DNA of 64,000 nt, from positions 640,001-704,000 of the forward strand of contig CAXXWC010000021.1 of NCBI GenBank assembly GCA_963668645.2. Reading direction: 5' to 3'. Below the pieces are notes generated by a model, which was not told the origin of the DNA, made no database searches, and saw nothing but the letters and a program-made list of their open reading frames with translations. Both the position numbers and the translations under genes were made by a program. Every line of letters starts with the position of its first letter. Positions within the stretch are counted from its first letter, which is position 1. Source of the stretch: Desulfobacterales bacterium. GTDB lineage: Bacteria; Desulfobacterota; Desulfobacteria; Desulfobacterales; UBA2174. Shown in pieces: positions 58,389 to 64,000 of the stretch.

Positions 58389-59149
58389 GAGCGGCCGGCC
58401 TCCATCGGTTCCGGGATACATGCCTTGGCGGCAATGGACGGTTCGTGAAAGGGAATGATGATATCGGCCATCTCCTTGACGCGCATCATACTGTCGTAGG
58501 CCTGCACCATATCGGTATGAATGCCGGAGGGAATAACCAGCGGTGTTGCGGCACCTTTCCAGGCCGGGCTGGATTGGGGTGAAAAACTTTCCGCCAGGCA
58601 GCAAAAACCGGTTATCACGGCAAGCCCGGCGCCAGTCTCGACTGCAACCGACTGGGTACCCGGGGTATGCCCGGGGGTAAACAGGAGGCGCACACCGGGA
58701 GCCAGATCCACGTCCCCTTGAATCGTCTCAAAATTCAGGTTTTCAAAAAGATGCCGCTGATAAGCGCCGGCCATCATGGGATGGGGATTGAGGGCAAAAT
58801 CGAGTTCCGCCTGCTGAACGATGAATCTGGCCCCGGGCAACAGGTTCGAGTTGGCGCAATGGTCATACATTAAATGGGTATGAACCACGGTTCGAACATC
58901 ACGGGGGGTCAAGCCCACCTTGGCCAGGGCCGCGTCAAAGTCCATCACCGGACGGACCGGCTCGCTGCGCAACGCTCCCATCACCTCGGCCGAGCCGCTG
59001 GTATCCACCAGAATGGGCTCCCGGCCTCCGAGAATTACGAAAAAAGGCGACGGAATCCACAGTTGGCGGCCATAGTTTCGCAGATACGTCAAACGGCCGG
59101 CCTCTGCGGCCAGTTCAGCCGTAACTAGGGGGTGAATCGTTAGGGGCAT
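58385..59149 (-). CDS. Metallo-beta-lactamase-fold protein, N-acyl-homoserine lactonase family
   Basis: ILVDTS, THLMYDH (variant of HxHxDH), VQQAEL, TPGHTPGTQSV, IPFHE. Confidence 0.85.
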   Translation of the reverse strand: MPLTIHPLVTAELAAEAGRLTYLRNYGRQLWIPSPFFVILGGREPILVDTSGSAEVMGALRSEPVRPVMDFDAALAKVGLTPRDVRTVVHTHLMYDHCANSNLLPGARFIVQQAELDFALNPHPMMAGAYQRHLFENLNFETIQGDVDLAPGVRLLFTPGHTPGTQSVAVETGAGLAVITGFCCLAESFSPQSSPAWKGAATPLVIPSGIHTDMVQAYDSMMRVKEMADIIIPFHEPSIAAKACIPEPMEAGRS

Positions 59150-59161
59150 GGCAGTTTCCTC

Positions 59162-59878
59162 TTACTTTTTCGGCAGTTCCATTGTTCCCGGCTTTACGGG
59201 CAGCCCGTCGGCCAAGCCTGTTACAATGATCGAAAAAAAGTCTGATGTGTCTTGCATGCGGGCCATGACGAACTGCTTGGCAGCCGTAATGTGGCCTTTC
59301 ATCAGCTCGCCGGCCGCCTTGGCATCCCCCTGGCAAAGGGCCTCGAAGATTTCACGGTGCTGTTCGCGAGCGATTTCCAGACGCGTGGAAGAAATCAGAT
59401 TCAGGTTCTGGATCATCCAAAGGCGGTCCAACAGCCCGAGTCCGGTCTCGCAAAGGATACGGTTGCCGCTGGCCTCTAGAATCAACGAATGAAAATGACG
59501 CTCTTCTTCCACCGGCCGGCCTTTGCCCAGCCCTTCCTCATGCTTTTCGCAGCGATCCAGGCTCTGGCGAATCATCGCCAGGACCTCCCGGTCGATGCGT
59601 TCGGCCGCCTGTTGGCAGGCCAGCACCTCCAGGGCGGTTCTCAATTCGTAGATGTCCTCAAGATCCCTTAGGCTCATCGTTGGAACGCAGAAGCCTTTTT
59701 GGGCGCGCCAGCAGACCAGATGCTCCCGCTCCAGCCGGTTCAAGGCCTCACGAATGGGGGTCTGGCTCATTCCAAGGGCACCGGCCAGTTCATCCAGGCG
59801 CAGATTGGTGCCCGGCTTCAGCTGGTAGTGAATGATCCCGTCGCGGATGGTCTGATATGCTTGTTCGACAAGAGACAT
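59162..59878 (-). CDS. GntR-family transcriptional regulator (FCD domain)
   Basis: EQAYQTIRDGI..LKPG..L...LA..LGMSQTPIREAL; FH..I..ASGN; QHREIFEAL. Confidence 0.95.
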   Translation of the reverse strand: MSLVEQAYQTIRDGIIHYQLKPGTNLRLDELAGALGMSQTPIREALNRLEREHLVCWRAQKGFCVPTMSLRDLEDIYELRTALEVLACQQAAERIDREVLAMIRQSLDRCEKHEEGLGKGRPVEEERHFHSLILEASGNRILCETGLGLLDRLWMIQNLNLISSTRLEIAREQHREIFEALCQGDAKAAGELMKGHITAAKQFVMARMQDTSDFFSIIVTGLADGLPVKPGTMELPKK

Positions 59879-59909
59879 GCGTGCTGTCCTATTTTTTTGG
59901 GGTTCGGTA

Positions 59910-59963
59910 ATAAAAAATATTATAAATGATGTCAAGAAAAATATATTTTATAATATATGTCAA
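59910..59963 (-). promoter_or_regulatory. AT-rich promoter/operator with two TTGACA-led direct repeats
   Basis: Minus strand TTGACATATATTATAAAATATATTTT and, 28 bp on, TTGACATCATTTATAATATTTTTT. Includes the imperfect palindrome ATATATTTTATAATATAT. Confidence 0.6.
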
Positions 59964-60293
59964 TAGCTCGGCTCTGACATCTTTGCTCATGGAGCACTCG
60001 CCGCCAAAATTTTATGCGGTCACGAGCGGACCGCCCGCCCCACTTCGTCGCGAACCTTACAGATGATGTCCAGGTGCATCACAGGGCATGCGACTTGAGG
60101 CCTCTTCTGGGTTAACGCTAAAAATTAGATTAACTTGCTAATCCACTTGTGTTAGGTTACCTTTTAACCGAATTTTCGCCTTCGATGACATCAGCAATTG
60201 CCGTGAGGATACAGGTAGCGGTGCAGCTCCCCGACCCGGGCAGCCGGTTCTGGCCGAGATAATCAAGGAATTGTTGGCTTGAAAGGAGGTGCC

Positions 60294-61172
60294 GTGTACA
60301 CAGTCTGCGACAATCCGGAGTGCGGTCAACGCTACAAGATCAAACCCGAACTCTTGGGAAAGATGGCGCGTTGCAAGCGGTGCCAGAACATCTTCGAGGT
60401 TCAGGAGTATAAAGAGCCGGTCAAAATCATCGATCTTCAATGCGACGAAGATGACGATACCTGCCAGGATCAAAGCACCCAGCCCCAGACCCGCAAACGG
60501 CGATCGCCCGCCGAAGTGATGACGGAAAACATCGCCATCATCAAAGCAGAGGTAAAAGAGCTGATGCCGAGGCTCAATACCGCTCTGGATCGTGGCGACA
60601 ACGAAAGCGACACGCGCCTGCTGATCAACAAGATGCTGCAAAGGGTTCTCGGCTACAGCCTTGACGACATCAAAACCGAGCAGAAGGTGGAAGGGAAAAG
60701 AGCCGATTACGTTCTTTCCGTAAACGGGGAGGACTGCCTGATCATCGAGGCCAAGAAAATCGGCATGCCCCTCAAGCAAAACCAGATTTTCCAGGCCACC
60801 AGCTATGGCGCGCATTCCGGAATCCGTTGGGTGATCCTGACGAACGCCATCGTCTGGCAACTCTATCACCTATCGTTCGGTGAAAAGATCGAAACCGATC
60901 TGGTGTTCTCCATCGAACTGCGCGACGGCCTGGACGATGACGAGGCCTATTATTTTTACCTGCTTTCCAAAACCGGAATGGCGCGCAAGCAGCTTCTCGA
61001 CAAGCTGTGGCAGAAGATCAGCGCCCTTTGCTACGACAACATCGTCAACGCCATTTTGACCGATGACGTGATCAGCAAAATAAGGGCCACACTTTCAAAA
61101 CAGACGGGTTGCAGGATAACCAACGAGGAGCTTAGGGCATCGATTGAGAACAATATATTGCAGCTCGCTTGA
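60294..61172 (+). CDS. Zn-ribbon plus type I restriction HsdR N-terminal-like (PD-(D/E)xK) nuclease domain protein
   Basis: GGAGGT RBS before GTG 60294. CDNPEC...ARCKRC zinc ribbon; NESDTR, LGY, RADYVL, IIEAKK, QATSYG, ILTNAIVWQLY. Confidence 0.8.
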   Translation: MYTVCDNPECGQRYKIKPELLGKMARCKRCQNIFEVQEYKEPVKIIDLQCDEDDDTCQDQSTQPQTRKRRSPAEVMTENIAIIKAEVKELMPRLNTALDRGDNESDTRLLINKMLQRVLGYSLDDIKTEQKVEGKRADYVLSVNGEDCLIIEAKKIGMPLKQNQIFQATSYGAHSGIRWVILTNAIVWQLYHLSFGEKIETDLVFSIELRDGLDDDEAYYFYLLSKTGMARKQLLDKLWQKISALCYDNIVNAILTDDVISKIRATLSKQTGCRITNEELRASIENNILQLA

Positions 61173-61250
61173 TTAAAATTTCACCTCCACGGGCGGGCCG
61201 GTGTACCAAAATACCATCGTCAGCTACCCGAAACTGGGAGGACTATTCCG

Positions 61251-61637
61251 ATGAGTATCGAACAGTCTTCAAAATGCAAAAAATGCGGGCTGGAAATATC
61301 CGCTCTATGCAATAAAGAAAGAACTCCATGTCCGGTGTGCAGCGAAACGTCAAGGGTCCATTCGGTTGAGGTGAAGGACGTCATAGTTTTTCATGACCAA
61401 ATGCGCATTAAGGGAAAGCATGGTGGGAAAGGCAAACCTTTTTTTGAGGCAAAATCAGGGGACGAATATTATTTCGCAAGAAGTGAGTGACGTCGTGTCG
61501 AAAGGATAATAGACCGAGACAACGATATATATGTGGAAATCGTGAAAAACGGAAATACTGGGGAAGTAATCAAAGAGGAAAAAGGACCACTTTCTGATCA
61601 TAAAGGTCATGGGTCGGCAAAAAAGCTGAAAACCTAA
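61251..61637 (+). pseudogene. Zn-finger hypothetical gene interrupted by an in-frame TGA at 61488-61490
   Basis: GGAGG RBS; CKKC...CPVC; after the TGA the same frame continues for 48 codons (RRVERIIDRDND...PLSDHKGHGSAKKLKT) to TAA 61637. Confidence 0.65.
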
Positions 61638-61690
61638 AAATTCGACAAACGTTTTAATTACGAGAGCTCAAAAAGATAAAGTGTATAAAT

Positions 61691-61800
61691 GACTCGTTCG
61701 TAAAAAGTCGGATTTTGAAATTTTCATCGCTGTAACACATTGAAATCATTGAGTCCGAGATTGGGAAAATGATGTTTTTCGGACTTTTTACGAACGTATC
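61691..61800. mobile_element. 110-bp MITE with 19-bp terminal inverted repeats and 6-bp target-site duplication
   Basis: ATAAAT [GACTCGTTCGTAAAAAGTC ... GACTTTTTACGAACGTATC] ATAAAT; 17/19 IR match. Confidence 0.9.
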
Positions 61801-61815
61801 ATAAATGGAGAGGCC

Positions 61816-62218
61816 ATGGCCGAAGGCACTATAACACCGACCAATTCTTTCCTTTTATACGCTTTCGTCCCCAGAGGCGCCTTCACCTCCCCGGCGTCGT
61901 ACGCCACCGTGCCACGCCTTGTGGAGTTGGAAGGCTATACGAAGAACATCCCGAGCGAACACCGTTTCGTATGGGTGGTTGTGGACGTGCCGAATGTTGG
62001 CCTCTGTTGGCCTCACCGCCGGATCTACCGGGTCAACACGCCGTTCAAGGCCAAAATGCCCGAACCATATCTTCACCGTCTCTCTCTATGCCGTACCGTG
62101 GGACGTTCATCGAGAGATTCTGGTGTGGCATGAAATGGGGCTGAAAACAGGGAGCAAAGAGGGGCTTTCTCTACTGCCGGACGACTTCCGGTTGGATAGC
62201 GTCGAATTATTATTATGA
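61816..62218 (+). pseudogene. Hypothetical gene, probably frameshifted near 62055
   Basis: GGAGAGG RBS. Protein-like sequence in the first frame to VNTPFKAK, then in the next frame PNHIFTVSLYAVPWDVHREILVWHEMG...VELLL-stop. Confidence 0.45.
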
Positions 62219-62417
62219 CCGAATCGGGAACCGATGCGATTCACCGCCCCTGAACGTGGAGGGCAAAGGTGATAAGAGGATGGCGACCCAAGCCGAACTT
62301 GAAAAAATGGCGGAGACCATAAGAAGACCTTCCGGAGGACACTGAAAAGGAGACTACGCCAATGTGGTCCCGGTGCTTCTGTGGTGCAGCGGGATTGAAT
62401 AGGAGGAGGAGGCCCTT

Positions 62418-64000
62418 ATGGGACAATGCTGGGGCATTGCAAAAGACTTCAAGAGGTGCGAAAGACAGGCCGGCGAAAGACTGTTCTGTGAAAAGCATAG
62501 ACATCAGCCGCTATTTGTTTGGCTTCCGGCTATCGCCGGGTTGGTTTCCAGCCTGATCACGATTTTCACTTTCTGCTTTCCAACTCCCGTTCCTACCCCG
62601 AACCCATTCGGCTTACCACCCGAGACCATTGTCCGCATGGTCAAGGATCTGGGTATCACTGAAACCGCCCTGGGCAGCTTTTTTAAGATTCTTAAAGAAG
62701 AGAAGGTACCCATTGAAAACTTGGATGCCAAGCTTCGTGAAATAGCCGAAACCTATAAAAGTCTACAGAAAGGACTTGCCTCCTTCCAGGAAGAAGACCC
62801 GAAAGTCCAAAACCTGAAAAAAGCAGCCCAAAAAGCTCTTGAATCGGCCGATTTCGAAAAGACAGAATCCCTGATCAAAGAAGCACGCGCCATCGACCTT
62901 GAAGCTGCCAAAAATATGGCAGCCGCCTCTGAAAAGCGTCTCTTGTCCGCTGCCAAGTCATCCGCCGAACTCGGCGATCTCTACATGATTCAGTTGAAAT
63001 ATGCCGCCGCCGCCAACACTTTTCACCAAGCCGCAGATTATTTACCGCAGGGAAATAACTTACTAAAAGCCCACTATTTGGGAAGGTGGGGCATCTCAGC
63101 CCTAAACGACGGGCACTACGTTGAATCCGAAACGCCCCTTAAAGACTCCCTCGGAATATATGAAAATTTTTTAGACCCCGTCCACCCCGATATTGGCAAT
63201 GCAAGTAACAACTTGGGCATGTCTTTCTTTTTCCAGGGAAAATACGACCAGGCAGAGCCGCTTTACAAACGCGCTCTGGAGATTTCAGAAAAGGCCCTCG
63301 GGCCAGATCATCCGTCTGTGGCCACCACGCTGAACAATCTGGCCGGGCTCTACAGGGCACAGGGAAAATACGACCAGGCTGAGCCGCTTTACAAACGCGC
63401 TCTGGAGATAAAAGAAAAGGCCCTCGGGCCAGATCATCCGTCTGTGGCCACCACGCTGAACAATCTGGCCGGGCTCCTGGAAGCACAGGGAAAATACGAC
63501 CAGGCTGAGCCGCTTTACAAACGCGCTCTGGAGATTTCAGAAAAGGCCCTCGGACCAGATCATCCGTCTGTGGCCACCACGCTGAACAATCTGGCCGGGC
63601 TCCTGGAAGCACAGGGAAAATACGACCAGGCTGAGCCGCTTTACAAACGCGATCTGGAGATTTCAGAAAAGGCCCTCGGGCCAGATCATCCGTCTGTGGC
63701 CACCACGCTGAACAATCTGGCCGGGCTCTACAGGGCACAGGGAAAATACGACCAGGCTGAGCCGCTTTACAAACGCGCTCTGGAGATTTCAGAAAAGGCC
63801 CTCGGGCCAGATCATCCGTCTGTGGCCACCACGCTGAACAATCTGGCCGGGCTCCTGGAAGCACAGGGAAAATACGACCAGGCTGAGCCGCTTTACAAAC
63901 GCGCTCTGGAGATAAAAGAAAAGGCCCTCGGGCCAGATCATCCGTCTGTGGCCACCACGCTGAACAATCTGGCCGGGCTCTACAGGGCACAGGGAAAATA
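62418..64000 (+). CDS. Membrane-anchored tetratricopeptide-repeat protein (42-aa kinesin-light-chain-type TPRs), 3'-truncated by the window edge
   Basis: GGAGGAGG RBS, ATG 62418, frame open to the end. N-terminal C-x9-C-x9-C-x2-H, hydrophobic segment, helical region, then QGKYDQAEPLYKRALEIxEKALGPDHPSVATTLNNLAGLxxA repeats. Not in the ORF track because there is no stop codon in the window. Confidence 0.92.
   Translation, partial: MGQCWGIAKDFKRCERQAGERLFCEKHRHQPLFVWLPAIAGLVSSLITIFTFCFPTPVPTPNPFGLPPETIVRMVKDLGITETALGSFFKILKEEKVPIENLDAKLREIAETYKSLQKGLASFQEEDPKVQNLKKAAQKALESADFEKTESLIKEARAIDLEAAKNMAAASEKRLLSAAKSSAELGDLYMIQLKYAAAANTFHQAADYLPQGNNLLKAHYLGRWGISALNDGHYVESETPLKDSLGIYENFLDPVHPDIGNASNNLGMSFFFQGKYDQAEPLYKRALEISEKALGPDHPSVATTLNNLAGLYRAQGKYDQAEPLYKRALEIKEKALGPDHPSVATTLNNLAGLLEAQGKYDQAEPLYKRALEISEKALGPDHPSVATTLNNLAGLLEAQGKYDQAEPLYKRDLEISEKALGPDHPSVATTLNNLAGLYRAQGKYDQAEPLYKRALEISEKALGPDHPSVATTLNNLAGLLEAQGKYDQAEPLYKRALEIKEKALGPDHPSVATTLNNLAGLYRAQGK
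63234..64000 (+). repeat. Tandem 126-bp near-identical TPR-coding repeats (6 complete plus a partial seventh)
   Basis: CAGGGAAAATACGACCAGGC recurs at 63234, 63360, 63486, 63612, 63738 and 63864; a seventh unit begins at 63990. Confidence 0.97.

Noticed and set aside
63139..63990. 283-aa minus-strand repetitive ORF
   Set aside because: Antisense reading of the TPR repeats; the plus frame has the RBS and canonical TPR consensus.

Overview
Mostly GC-rich chromosomal window whose gene content (HdrA/MvhD, MetVF, TRAP transporter, sigma-54 regulator) suggests an anaerobic deltaproteobacterium/Desulfobacterota; that assignment is inference only. Left to right: (1) an AT-rich, 5'-truncated HD-domain gene, a transposase remnant and two small genes, one cystatin-like; (2) a minus-strand type I secretion locus (HlyD, ABC, TolC) with a 9,512-aa RTX adhesin built from 18 x 112-aa and 6 x 188-aa Ig/cadherin-like repeats, about 14 RTX plus 'C-terminal-type' modules, six FG-GAP beta-propeller clusters and three Calx-beta domains; (3) a decayed methyltransferase; (4) a 12-gene minus-strand cluster behind a consensus sigma-54 promoter and IHF site, combining sulfur-relay proteins (TusA, Cys-less TusA-like, DsrE), MvhD, two complementary HdrA paralogues, HdrC-like and half-degenerate CCG proteins and MetV/MetF, divergent from a PAS-AAA+ activator - the best candidate for an undescribed system; (5) a possible orphan sRNA/attenuator and a palindromic element; (6) rsgA, an aldo/keto reductase and an atypical peptide deformylase; (7) a GntR-lactonase-HMG-CoA lyase-TRAP-CoA transferase catabolic operon; (8) an accessory tail with a Zn-ribbon/HsdR-N nuclease, two broken genes, a 110-bp MITE with a 6-bp target duplication, and a membrane-anchored TPR protein (absent from the ORF track) with near-identical 126-bp repeats. 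I saw no CRISPR array, rRNA or tRNA. All calls come from reading motifs by eye; no searches were run.
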